DNA of 64,000 nucleotides from a virus: IMG/VR virus record IMGVR_UViG_3300030365_000081, positions 87,625 to 151,624 of that record; one strand, 5' to 3'. Shown piece by piece: positions 1 to 8,573 of this stretch (position 1 is its first letter; each line of letters starts with the position of its first letter). The notes under the pieces were generated by a model. It saw only the letters and a program-made list of their open reading frames with translations, ran no database searches and was not told where the DNA came from. The position numbers and the translations under genes were made by a program.

Positions 1-3000
1 TGCAAGCGACAACTTTACACAGGCAAGCCCGGTTGGCATTACGATTGGCTCTGCGGACTGTGATGTGCAGGTATACCGCATGAAAACCTACGGTATGGAG
101 CTGTCAGACGATGAAATCCTGGACAACTTTATTGCGGATGCCAAGAACGCCGAGCTGATGATTGAACGCTATAACCGCAACGATATTACCAATGTGAGCG
201 GCGAGCTGGATGCTGACCTTTTGGCCGAGAAGTGCCCGGATCTACGCATTATCAAGATCAGCGCCCCGACCTTTACGACCGGCAAGAAGAATGAAGTTTC
301 TGATACCACCATCCAGCAAATTTACAAGAACGGACGCGCCGTGGAGGATAACTGGACCGCGACCGGTAGCCATAAAGGCCAGGGCACCAGCTCCAATGCG
401 TATGGCGAGAGCGGCCGAAACATTGATATTAACTGTTCCGGCGGATTTACGTTTGGCGACGACAGCACCGGCAGTACCTATGCCTTGACTGAGAACAGTA
501 TCCCGGAGAAATATTTTAATATCAAGGTAAATATTGCAAGCTCTGAAAACGCAAATAACGCCTGCATTGCAGATGATTACAACACGTTTAACCCATATAT
601 CCGCAAGACGAAGAAAGAGAACCCGAAGGTGCGCGACACGATGGCGTTTTACCCGTGCGTGGTGTTTATCCAGGAGACGGACGTGGAGAACGCGACAGTG
701 TTTAAGGACGGCCAGTGGCATTTTTACGCCTGCGGTGATATTGGCAACAGCAAGAAGAACAATGACACCCAGGGCATGGACCCCGAAAACCACAAGGAAG
801 TTATTGTTGAGATCGACAACAACACCGATGCCCAGACCCGCTTTTTGAGTGATGATCTGAGCCAGGAAACCTGGGACGGAGAACACAGCTTTGAGTTCCG
901 TTATATTAGCAAAAACTGCACCGAGGAAGAAAAACAGGCGGCAAAGAATGCCTGGCAGAGCTTGCTGACCTGGGTAGTAAATGCAGATGATGAAGAGTTT
1001 AAGACCCACTTTGAGGACCACTTTATCAAGGACAGTGTGCTGTTCTTTTATCTGTTCACTGAGCGCCACACAATGGTGGATAACCGCGCCAAGAATGTGT
1101 TCCCCCACACAGAAGATCTGATCCATTGGGATTTTTGCATGGATTATGATAATGATACCTGCCAGGGCAACGACAACGAGGGCGGATTGACATTGACTTA
1201 CGGCTATGAGGATACCGACACCATTGGCACCAAGAGCGTGTTTAACGCGGCAGACAGTAAGCTGTGGTGCAAGGTACGAGATCTTTTTGCGGACGACTTG
1301 CAGAAGATGTACCTGAACCGTGAGAGCGCTTTGGCCTGGAGTGCAAACCGTATTTTGCGCAAGATTGAGGCGTACCAGGATGTGAAGCCCGAAAAGCTTT
1401 GGATCATGGATATGCGGCGCAAATATTTCCGCACCTATGAAGACAATGGAACGACCAGTTACCTGCCGATGATGCACGGCAACAAGCGCCACCAGCGCCG
1501 TCAGTACCAGAAGTACCAGGAAAAGTATATTGCGAGCAAGTACAGCGGTACGACCTGCACGGCTGATGATATGACGATCCGCGGCTATACCCCGACCAAC
1601 TGGACAGGTGTGCAGCCGGACGGTACGTTCCATATCCGCCCGTATGCAGATACCTATGTGAGTGTTTTGTATGGCTCTAACCCGGTAAAAATGCGCGGTA
1701 AGCGCGGCCAGACCTACACGATTGAGTGCCCGATTGCAGCCATGAACGATACCGAGGTTTATGTTTATAATGCCAGCCTGATACAGAGCATTGGCGACAT
1801 TAGTGGGTTTTACCCTGGGTATGTTGATTTTAGCCATGGTGCGAAATTGACCGACTTGCAGGTTGGCAACGGCACCGAAGGCTACCGCAACACAAACCTG
1901 ACCGACTTTGCGGTTGGTAACAATACGCTGTTGGAGCGCCTGAATTTGCAGAATGTGCCGAACCTGAAGAAATCCATCAGTTTGGCGGGATGTGTAAATC
2001 TGACCGATTTTTATGCTAGCGGAAGCGGTATTACCGGTGTGGCGTTTGCCAAGGGCGGCAAGATTGAAAAGGCTGAACTGCCTGCGATTGCAAGCCTGAC
2101 GGCACAGAACCTGAACCACCTGACCAATTTGAAGATTGACGGCTATGAAAACCTGACCACACTGGTTGTGGAAAGCTGCCCGACCATTGACCTGAAAGCT
2201 ATGTTGGAAAAATGCACAGGTTTGAACCGCGTGCGCCTAACTGGCCTTGATTGGGAATGCGAGGATACAGCGCTGCTTGACAGGCTGTACACGATGACCG
2301 GCCTGGATGAGAACGGCTATAACACCGAGCACTCTGTACTGGAGGGCAAGGTACATGTGCCCATTATGCGTGAAAAGAAGCTGGAAGAGTTTAATGCACA
2401 GTGGCCGGATTTGAAGATCAGCTACAACACGCTGGTGGAACAGTTTACCTGGACCTTTGTGAATGATGATGACGAGCACACAGTTTTGGATGTGCAGTAC
2501 ATTGACAAGGGTGGTAAGGCTGTTGACCCTGTGACTCGTACGGAAAACCCGATTCCGAAGCCGACAAAGAAGAGCACGGTGAGCACTGACTTTACCTATG
2601 CTGGATGGGACACAGCGTTTGTTACAGTATTTACCAACCAGACCGTAACGGCTAAATATACCGAGAGTGTGCGAAAGTACACCGTGCGCTACCTGAACAA
2701 TGGTGCGGAGAAGCAGAAAACAGTTGCCCCCTATGGTAGCATGGTGTTGTACGAAGGCGATACCCCGACCTACACGGCGGAGGAAGGTGCCTATAAGTTC
2801 TACCTGTTTGACCATTGGGACAAGGGCGGATATGTGAACGGAGACAAGGATATCAATGCGGTATATGACAGCTGCGAATATACCTCTGGTTATTTTGACG
2901 GCAAAGAGATTGGCAGTTTGCGCCCGGTTGAGATTTACGCAATGAAAAAGGTTGGTGTGGAGAATAAGGTGGTTAGCCCCAAGGACGCTGTGACCATTAC

Positions 3001-4096
3001 GCTGGGCAACGACTTTAGCTACTCTGACATTGAAGAGAAGGTTTTGATCAACGAGAAAAAGACCTTTGATGGCACCAACTATGTGGACACCGGTGTGCAG
3101 CTGTTGAAGGAAGACCGGGACTGGGTGCTGGCGGTGGATTACCGGATGACCACAACCGATACGGCCAATGCTGTGCTGATGCAGTGTTTTGAAACCAACG
3201 GCATGAACGGCATCCGCATTTGGAATAATAATGGAGCCAAGATCAGTTGGGGCACCGAAAGTGCAACAGCTGCCACAGTTAGAACCCGTGATATGGTGGT
3301 AATGCGCCACAAGAAGGGCGAAAACAACTTGCATGTGTATACGGCTAACATTTACGGTGACGACATTGTTTACACCGAGATTAACCGTGGACGAATTACA
3401 CAGACCAATGCAACGCTGGTGTTTGGTTGCGCCAAGGCAGATGACGGGGAATATGAACGGTTTGCCAAGGGTGATGTGTACTGGGCGAAAGTTTGGTATG
3501 CAGACCTGGGCGACAATGCCTGCCGGAAGCTGGCTGCATGGCCGCATGAAACCCGCGAATATGAGATGTGCGGATTTAAGCAGTTTTATTTAAGCGATAA
3601 CACAAACAAGCGCTGCGCAATGACGTTTTTGGCGAAAAATACACTAGCACGCAAGATGCCGATTACCAACGCCTCTTACAACAATGGTGGCTGGCCCGCA
3701 ACAACGCTGCGTACCTACCTTGATAAGCGGTTGCCGAATGCTTTGCCGATAGGTTGGCAGCAGTTGATCCAGCAGGTAAAAGTGACATCCAGTGCGGGCG
3801 GAACATCCAAGGAAATTGTGACGGCGGATTGTTACTTCTTTATACCGGCTGCATATGAGCTGAACCCCAGCATGAACAGTGAGCCGTATATTTATGAAGG
3901 TACAACGATCAGCTACATGACGGACAACCAGAGCCGGATCTGCTATGACGATGATGGCGCGGCCACCACTTATTGGACACGCAGCCCGAATGTTCAGTAT
4001 GCAGGTTACTTTTTGCAGGTTGCGGCAGACGGCCAGATTTACAGCTATGTTACCCCGAATGAGCAGCATGGCGTGCGCGTGATGTTCAGTGTGTAA
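1..4096 (+). CDS. phage tail fibre / host-specificity protein, 5'-partial
   Basis: 1343-aa ORF 65..4096. The same frame has no stop back to nt 2, so the true N-terminus lies upstream of the window. Very large Asn/Thr/Gly/Tyr-rich protein heading a block of tail-fibre genes. Confidence 0.55.
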   Translation, partial: ASDNFTQASPVGITIGSADCDVQVYRMKTYGMELSDDEILDNFIADAKNAELMIERYNRNDITNVSGELDADLLAEKCPDLRIIKISAPTFTTGKKNEVSDTTIQQIYKNGRAVEDNWTATGSHKGQGTSSNAYGESGRNIDINCSGGFTFGDDSTGSTYALTENSIPEKYFNIKVNIASSENANNACIADDYNTFNPYIRKTKKENPKVRDTMAFYPCVVFIQETDVENATVFKDGQWHFYACGDIGNSKKNNDTQGMDPENHKEVIVEIDNNTDAQTRFLSDDLSQETWDGEHSFEFRYISKNCTEEEKQAAKNAWQSLLTWVVNADDEEFKTHFEDHFIKDSVLFFYLFTERHTMVDNRAKNVFPHTEDLIHWDFCMDYDNDTCQGNDNEGGLTLTYGYEDTDTIGTKSVFNAADSKLWCKVRDLFADDLQKMYLNRESALAWSANRILRKIEAYQDVKPEKLWIMDMRRKYFRTYEDNGTTSYLPMMHGNKRHQRRQYQKYQEKYIASKYSGTTCTADDMTIRGYTPTNWTGVQPDGTFHIRPYADTYVSVLYGSNPVKMRGKRGQTYTIECPIAAMNDTEVYVYNASLIQSIGDISGFYPGYVDFSHGAKLTDLQVGNGTEGYRNTNLTDFAVGNNTLLERLNLQNVPNLKKSISLAGCVNLTDFYASGSGITGVAFAKGGKIEKAELPAIASLTAQNLNHLTNLKIDGYENLTTLVVESCPTIDLKAMLEKCTGLNRVRLTGLDWECEDTALLDRLYTMTGLDENGYNTEHSVLEGKVHVPIMREKKLEEFNAQWPDLKISYNTLVEQFTWTFVNDDDEHTVLDVQYIDKGGKAVDPVTRTENPIPKPTKKSTVSTDFTYAGWDTAFVTVFTNQTVTAKYTESVRKYTVRYLNNGAEKQKTVAPYGSMVLYEGDTPTYTAEEGAYKFYLFDHWDKGGYVNGDKDINAVYDSCEYTSGYFDGKEIGSLRPVEIYAMKKVGVENKVVSPKDAVTITLGNDFSYSDIEEKVLINEKKTFDGTNYVDTGVQLLKEDRDWVLAVDYRMTTTDTANAVLMQCFETNGMNGIRIWNNNGAKISWGTESATAATVRTRDMVVMRHKKGENNLHVYTANIYGDDIVYTEINRGRITQTNATLVFGCAKADDGEYERFAKGDVYWAKVWYADLGDNACRKLAAWPHETREYEMCGFKQFYLSDNTNKRCAMTFLAKNTLARKMPITNASYNNGGWPATTLRTYLDKRLPNALPIGWQQLIQQVKVTSSAGGTSKEIVTADCYFFIPAAYELNPSMNSEPYIYEGTTISYMTDNQSRICYDDDGAATTYWTRSPNVQYAGYFLQVAADGQIYSYVTPNEQHGVRVMFSV

Positions 4097-4102
4097 AGGA
4101 GG

Positions 4103-4429
4103 TTGAGGGACGAAATGTATTACAAGGTGATATATAACGGCCAGGTGATTGATACCCTTGACCACCTGAGTTTTGTGAAATACCAGACGAAACACGGGAT
4201 TATGGTGAACTGCACGGCAGATGATGCCGAAGGAATTGTGAGCAGTGATGGGCGCTACATCTGGCATGTGGACGGATACTATAACATTCCGGCGGCAGGA
4301 TACGATACTGTGCAGTTGGAAGAGATCAGTGTTTATGAATATGACAAGCTGAAAGCCTTGGGGGCCAAAACCCCTGAGGCTATTATTGATGCTTATACCC
4401 TGAGCCTGATTGAAGGAGGTGTGCTATGA
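4103..4429 (+). CDS. hypothetical small phage protein
   Basis: 108-aa ORF. GGAGG-like RBS (aaggaggttgaggg) 6-8 nt upstream. Stop overlaps next start (ATGA). Confidence 0.45.
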   Translation: MRDEMYYKVIYNGQVIDTLDHLSFVKYQTKHGIMVNCTADDAEGIVSSDGRYIWHVDGYYNIPAAGYDTVQLEEISVYEYDKLKALGAKTPEAIIDAYTLSLIEGGVL

Positions 4430-4584
4430 GTGACTTTGTGGAGAGTTTGCGGCGGTTGTATTTGGATCGTCGATTAAAAGAGGCGACCCTAAATGCGCTG
4501 TGGCACAAGGGCAAAATCAGCCGCAATGAGTTTGACTACATTGTGAGCGGAAAGGAGACGAGCAATGTACACAATCCTGATTAA
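4426..4584 (+). CDS. hypothetical small protein (52 aa)
   Basis: ATG overlapping stop of the previous gene (gctATGAgtg), then MSDFVESLRRLYLDRRLKEATLNALWHKGKISRNEFDYIVSGKETSNVHNPD*. Not in the ORF track (<60 aa). Its end overlaps the next gene start, typical phage packing. Confidence 0.3.
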   Translation: MSDFVESLRRLYLDRRLKEATLNALWHKGKISRNEFDYIVSGKETSNVHNPD

Positions 4585-5215
4585 CGAGGACAATACCCTG
4601 ACCGCCAGTGTGGTGGAGCGCGTGATGCAGCAGAGCAAACTGGTAGACACCCTGCATTTTTTGGCTGACCCGGAATATAAGGGCAAAGACATGCGAGACT
4701 ATGTGGTGATGCTGGAATACCGGTTGCCGGTGAGCAAGAAATACCGCACCGAGTTTTTGACGCTGAGTGACGAGCTATATAAAAACAAGCTGGAATATAA
4801 GCTGCCACTTGACACAGCGCTGACCAGTGAGGCCGGTGTGATTGAGTTCCAGCTGACCTTTGGCAACATTGAGATGGATGCTGAAGGCAGGACCACCCAG
4901 TACATCCGCAAGGTTGGACCGGGCGAAATTAAAATTGTTGATGTTTACGACTGGGCAGCCACGATCCCGGACGAAGCACTGAATGCTTTGGACCAGCGGA
5001 TTATTGCGATGCAGGCCATGCTGAAGGCCATGATTGATAAGAACAACACCATGATGAACAGCAAGGCCGACAACCTGAGCTACAAGAATGACATGCTGCA
5101 GCTGACCGCCAACGGAAGCCCGATTGGCAATGCGGTAGAGATCAAGAGCGGCGGCGGTTCTGGCAGCGGCGGTGATGGTACAACTGATGGAAATATGCGG
5201 GTGGTTGAGTTTTAA
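4565..5215 (+). CDS. hypothetical tail-associated protein with Gly/Ser-rich C-terminus
   Basis: 216-aa ORF, GGAG RBS (ggaaaggagacgagcaATG). C-terminal GGGSGSGGDGTTDG linker. Confidence 0.45.
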   Translation: MYTILINEDNTLTASVVERVMQQSKLVDTLHFLADPEYKGKDMRDYVVMLEYRLPVSKKYRTEFLTLSDELYKNKLEYKLPLDTALTSEAGVIEFQLTFGNIEMDAEGRTTQYIRKVGPGEIKIVDVYDWAATIPDEALNALDQRIIAMQAMLKAMIDKNNTMMNSKADNLSYKNDMLQLTANGSPIGNAVEIKSGGGSGSGGDGTTDGNMRVVEF

Positions 5216-5272
5216 GGCTTGGCCGCCTGCATTTTTTCTATATAGCGACAAATGAAGAAAGGAGGTGGGAGA

Positions 5273-5629
5273 ATGGCAACTACAAGCAAGTTGGGCTATG
5301 GTAATGCAGAAAACCTGGATACAGCGATTACGAATGGAATTATTGACGAGAAGGACCTGGTTATTACCAAGGATACATCGGAGTTTTATTACATCCGTGA
5401 CGATAAGAGCAAACAGGCGATCCGCCCCCGTACCCGTGTTTTTGACAGCAACGGGCAAGCCAATGAACAGCTGAACAACAGCAGCGACACTTATGCCGGG
5501 CAGACCGTAATGATTAAAAACACCGCGGGCAAGTACGAGCCGTGGATTGTACAGCTGTTGGATACCGGGAAGTTTGCTGTTGAACCGTTCAACACTGCAA
5601 GCACTGGATTTGTTTGGCAAGAATTTTAA
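5273..5629 (+). CDS. hypothetical phage protein
   Basis: ORF 5252..5629. The ATG at about 5273 (MATTSKLGYGN...) is preceded by aaggaggtggga RBS, so the start is more likely there than at 5252. Confidence 0.45.
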   Translation: MATTSKLGYGNAENLDTAITNGIIDEKDLVITKDTSEFYYIRDDKSKQAIRPRTRVFDSNGQANEQLNNSSDTYAGQTVMIKNTAGKYEPWIVQLLDTGKFAVEPFNTASTGFVWQEF

Positions 5630-5666
5630 TCGACAAAAACAACATGAAATTTAAGGAGAGATAATT

Positions 5667-6752
5667 ATGGCAGAAGTAAAATTTAATTATGGTACCAAAG
5701 CTAACTTTGAAGCCCTGCAGGTAAAGGACAACGACACCCTGTATTTTTTGACTGACACTTTGCAGATTTTTAAGGGCGCAGTTGAATACACCAAGAGCTG
5801 CAAGCTGGTGAGCACCCTGCCTGCTTCCGGCCAGGTGCAGGGCGTTGTTTATGTGCGCACCAGCGACTTTACCCTGCATGTGTTCAATGGCACCAGCTAT
5901 ATCCAGCTGAACAAGGCCACTGTAACTGAGATCCCGGCTTCCAACGCCAGCGATGACAATGTGCCGACCACCAAGGCTGTTGCCAGCTACGTTGATGCCA
6001 AGATTGCGGGTGTTGTTGGCGGCAATGGTGTGTTTGTTACCGATGTTACCTACAATGATGGGGTGCTGAGTGTTGCCAAGGGCGGCGACCCCGTTACTAC
6101 CACCCTGAATGGCGTTGTGCATGCACCGACTTATGACGCAAGCACCCGCACCATCAAGCTGCCGGTATTTGGCGGCGATGAACTGACTATTGCGCTGGGC
6201 AAGGATCTGGTTGTGACCAGCGGTACCTATAATGCCGAGGACAAAAACATTGAGCTGACCATTACCAGCGGCGATGTGATCAAGATCCCGGTTGGCAGCC
6301 TGATTGATGTTTACACCGGCCTGGCAACTTCCACCGCTGAGGTTACTGTTTCCGCTGATAACAAGATCAGTGTGAATGTTAAAGTAAGCGCCAAGGCTAA
6401 CAACTCCATCACTGTGGAGGAAGATGGCCTGTACGTTGCTGTGCCGGACGCTTACACCAAGGCTGAAGCCGACAAGAAGATCAAGGTTGTACAGGATGCA
6501 CTGGATGCCCACACTGCGAATGCCGACATCCATGTGACCAATGAGCAGAAGGCCACCTGGGATGCAAAGGTAAGCACTGAACAGCTGGCTGCCGCAAAGA
6601 GCGAGGCCATTGCTGCTGCATCCGCTGACGCAACCACCAAGGCTGATGCTGCCCGTGATGCCGCCAAGGCGTATGCTGACGGCCTGAACACTGCCATGGA
6701 TACCCGCGTGAAGGTTGTTGAGGGCGCTATTACCTGGAAGACCATTGGCTGA
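5667..6752 (+). CDS. phage structural protein (tail or fibre component, Ala/Thr/Val-rich)
   Basis: 361-aa ORF with strong RBS (ttaaggagagataattATG). Followed by a strong terminator, suggesting a highly expressed structural gene. Confidence 0.5.
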   Translation: MAEVKFNYGTKANFEALQVKDNDTLYFLTDTLQIFKGAVEYTKSCKLVSTLPASGQVQGVVYVRTSDFTLHVFNGTSYIQLNKATVTEIPASNASDDNVPTTKAVASYVDAKIAGVVGGNGVFVTDVTYNDGVLSVAKGGDPVTTTLNGVVHAPTYDASTRTIKLPVFGGDELTIALGKDLVVTSGTYNAEDKNIELTITSGDVIKIPVGSLIDVYTGLATSTAEVTVSADNKISVNVKVSAKANNSITVEEDGLYVAVPDAYTKAEADKKIKVVQDALDAHTANADIHVTNEQKATWDAKVSTEQLAAAKSEAIAAASADATTKADAARDAAKAYADGLNTAMDTRVKVVEGAITWKTIG

Positions 6753-6792
6753 GATGGCAAAGTGGTTAGTTATTTCAAATTGACATAAAAAA

Positions 6793-6860
6793 ATAGCCTT
6801 CGCTGCAGGGCCAGTGTTTTGCGAGTAGGAGAACATGCACTGTGCAGCGAAGGTTTTATA
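6793..6860 (+). terminator. Rho-independent terminator after structural gene
   Basis: Long hairpin agccttcgctgcag ... ctgtgcagcgaaggtt followed by ttatatt. Confidence 0.55.
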
Positions 6861-6865
6861 TTGTA

Positions 6866-6894
6866 TTGACAAACAACGATGTTGAATATATAAT
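6866..6894 (+). promoter_or_regulatory. sigma70-type promoter (TTGACA-17-TATAAT), inward-facing, inside left inverted repeat
   Basis: ttgaca aacaacgatgttgaata tataat; perfect -35/-10 hexamers with 17-nt spacer. Confidence 0.55.
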
Positions 6895-6914
6895 AATAGT
6901 AGAACTAAGGCACC
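6889..6914. repeat. left arm of 26-bp inverted repeat (tataataatagtagaactaaggcacc)
   Basis: Reverse complement of 7245..7270 (ggtgccttagttctgctattattata) with 1 mismatch. Confidence 0.6.
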
Positions 6915-6971
6915 GACATAGACGGTCGCGCCTCAGTTTATAGTTTATGTATGACAGTTAAACCATCATAG

Positions 6972-7012
6972 CAAAAACCGTTCTGTGGTCTGGACAGGGC
7001 GGTTTTACTTTT
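6972..7012. terminator. bidirectional Rho-independent terminator
   Basis: aaaaaccg ttctgtggtctggacagg cggtttt + acttttt on the plus strand. The same hairpin is flanked by a T-run when read on the minus strand, immediately 3' of the small minus-strand ORF. Confidence 0.5.
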
Positions 7013-7118
7013 TATTACCACGAAAAAACGTGATAACTGCTACGACAGTTTGTACCCCGGTGAACACAACGCCAATAATGACGATGGTATCAACAAAGGA
7101 TAGACCCGGCATAAGCAT
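7005..7118 (-). CDS. small hydrophobic peptide (37 aa), type I toxin-like (Fst/Ldr-like architecture)
   Basis: MLMPGLSFVDTIVIIGVVFTGVQTVVAVITFFRGNKK: one TM helix plus basic tail. AGGAGG 5 nt upstream of ATG (minus-strand ccaggaggtgATGcttATG). Internal start within track ORF 7005..7229. Confidence 0.4.
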   Translation of the reverse strand: MLMPGLSFVDTIVIIGVVFTGVQTVVAVITFFRGNKK

Positions 7119-7244
7119 CACCTCCTGGCAAAATGGATTTGCCGGAAGGCAAAGTAGGGGCGCTCCACAATGCCTTGCGGCAGATGGGAGGCTTGACCGC
7201 CTATTACGTCTATGAGGAAGATATGGCAAAAAGGAATAAACGTT

Positions 7245-7270
7245 GGTGCCTTAGTTCTGCTATTATTATA
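7245..7270. repeat. right arm of 26-bp inverted repeat
   Basis: ggtgccttagttctgctattattata is the reverse complement of 6889..6914. Contains a TGTATAAT extended -10 facing inward (minus strand) with TTGACA 15 nt upstream (7286..7291 rc). Confidence 0.55.
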
Positions 7271-7305
7271 CAGTCAATCAAAATTTGTCAAATTAAATAC
7301 TGAAT

Positions 7306-7345
7306 CGAAACCGCTTATCTGTACGCAGGTAGGCGGTTTTTTTAT
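7306..7345 (+). terminator. Rho-independent terminator
   Basis: ccgcttatctgtacgcaggtaggcgg (11-bp stem incl. G-U) followed by ttttttt. Confidence 0.55.
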
Positions 7346-7368
7346 TGTTACAAAAAGGAGTTTTACGA

Positions 7369-7838
7369 TGTCAAAACTTTCTTTATGCGAGATCCAACAG
7401 TCGCAGCTGGATAAAACTCCTATTGTGGATGGACAGCTGGTATGCTGTTTGGATACAGGAAACACTTACCGGGATACAGCCGGTGGGCGAGTTCGGATTG
7501 GAAGCGATCTGGAACGAGTAAGTGAGCTGCCATTGGCCCCGCTGGCTGGGAAGATTTATTACCTGCCGCCCGGAGATTTATATATTTATAACTCTGGTTG
7601 GGTAATGCTGAATGATACTGATTTTACAATTGGGGCCAGCAAGGCTGATTCCACAGAAGCCAATTTGGAGCTGAAACATGGCGATATGGCAAAGGGTACG
7701 GTAAAGGTGCGCGGCACCGGAATTACGAGCGTGACGGCGGATGCAGATGGGCGATTGATTATCAACACCCCAAGCCCGGAAGCTGTGATTGACGAGATTA
7801 CCAACAGCCAAATTGATAATTTATTCAAAGACGAATAG
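7369..7838 (+). CDS. hypothetical phage tail-associated protein
   Basis: ORF track starts at 7212, but ATG 7369 (MSKLSLCEIQQ...) follows aaaaggag RBS and the upstream terminator, so the start is taken at 7369. Confidence 0.45.
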
Positions 7839-7849
7839 GAGGGAACAAT

Positions 7850-8545
7850 ATGGCATTTTTGAATTATGACGGTTTGCTTTATTTTTGGCAGAAAATTAAA
7901 GCTTTGCTTGCCGGTAAAGTGGATAAGATTGATGGCAAGGGACTTTCGACCAACGACTTTACCACTGCTGAGAAGAATAAGCTGGCCGGGCTGATGAATT
8001 ACATCCACCCGACAACCAGCGGGAATAAGCATATCCCTGCAGGTGGAAGTGCTAACCAGATTTTGGGTTGGAGCGCGGACGGCACCGCTAAGTGGGTAAA
8101 CGAAAAGGATACCACCTACAGTGTGATGAGTGGCGCAACGATTGATGCGGATGGCAATAGCGGATTGGTGCCCAGCCCGACGAAGGGTGCGCAGCGCTGG
8201 CTGGATTCGACCGGTGCTTGGACGACCCCGCCGAACACCACCTATGGAGCTGCAAGCACCACGAGCGCCGGCCTGATGAGCACTGCCGACAAGAAGAAAC
8301 TGGATGCTTTTGGCGAGGCAAGCACCTATGCCCTGAAGAGCGACATTACCGCTATGTACCGTTACAAAGGCAGTGTGGCAAGCTATGACAATCTGCCGAC
8401 CAGCGGCCAGATCATTGGCGATGTATACGACGTTGGCAATGGCATGAACTATGCCTGGAATGGCGAGAAGTGGGATGGACTGGGCCAGGTATTTACCATT
8501 GATGCGATCCAGAATACTGAAATTGATACCATTTTGGCATCTTAA
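7850..8545 (+). CDS. tail fibre protein with phage fibre repeat motifs
   Basis: 231 aa with GGAGG RBS. Contains ...TSAGLMSTADKKKLD... motif (phage tail-fibre repeat type). The same motif recurs in the next gene. Confidence 0.5.
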   Translation: MAFLNYDGLLYFWQKIKALLAGKVDKIDGKGLSTNDFTTAEKNKLAGLMNYIHPTTSGNKHIPAGGSANQILGWSADGTAKWVNEKDTTYSVMSGATIDADGNSGLVPSPTKGAQRWLDSTGAWTTPPNTTYGAASTTSAGLMSTADKKKLDAFGEASTYALKSDITAMYRYKGSVASYDNLPTSGQIIGDVYDVGNGMNYAWNGEKWDGLGQVFTIDAIQNTEIDTILAS

Positions 8546-8573
8546 AAACTAAACCAAGAGGAGGTGTGGTAAA

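Noticed and set aside
242-2119. 625-aa antisense ORF inside the tail fibre gene, and many other long antisense ORFs (e.g. 2237..3547, 25638..26519, 27245..28039, 45387..46316, 42345..43544)
   Set aside because: - These lie opposite well-supported genes.
- They are Arg/Ala/Val/Gly-rich, as expected from GC-biased antisense frames, and have no RBS.
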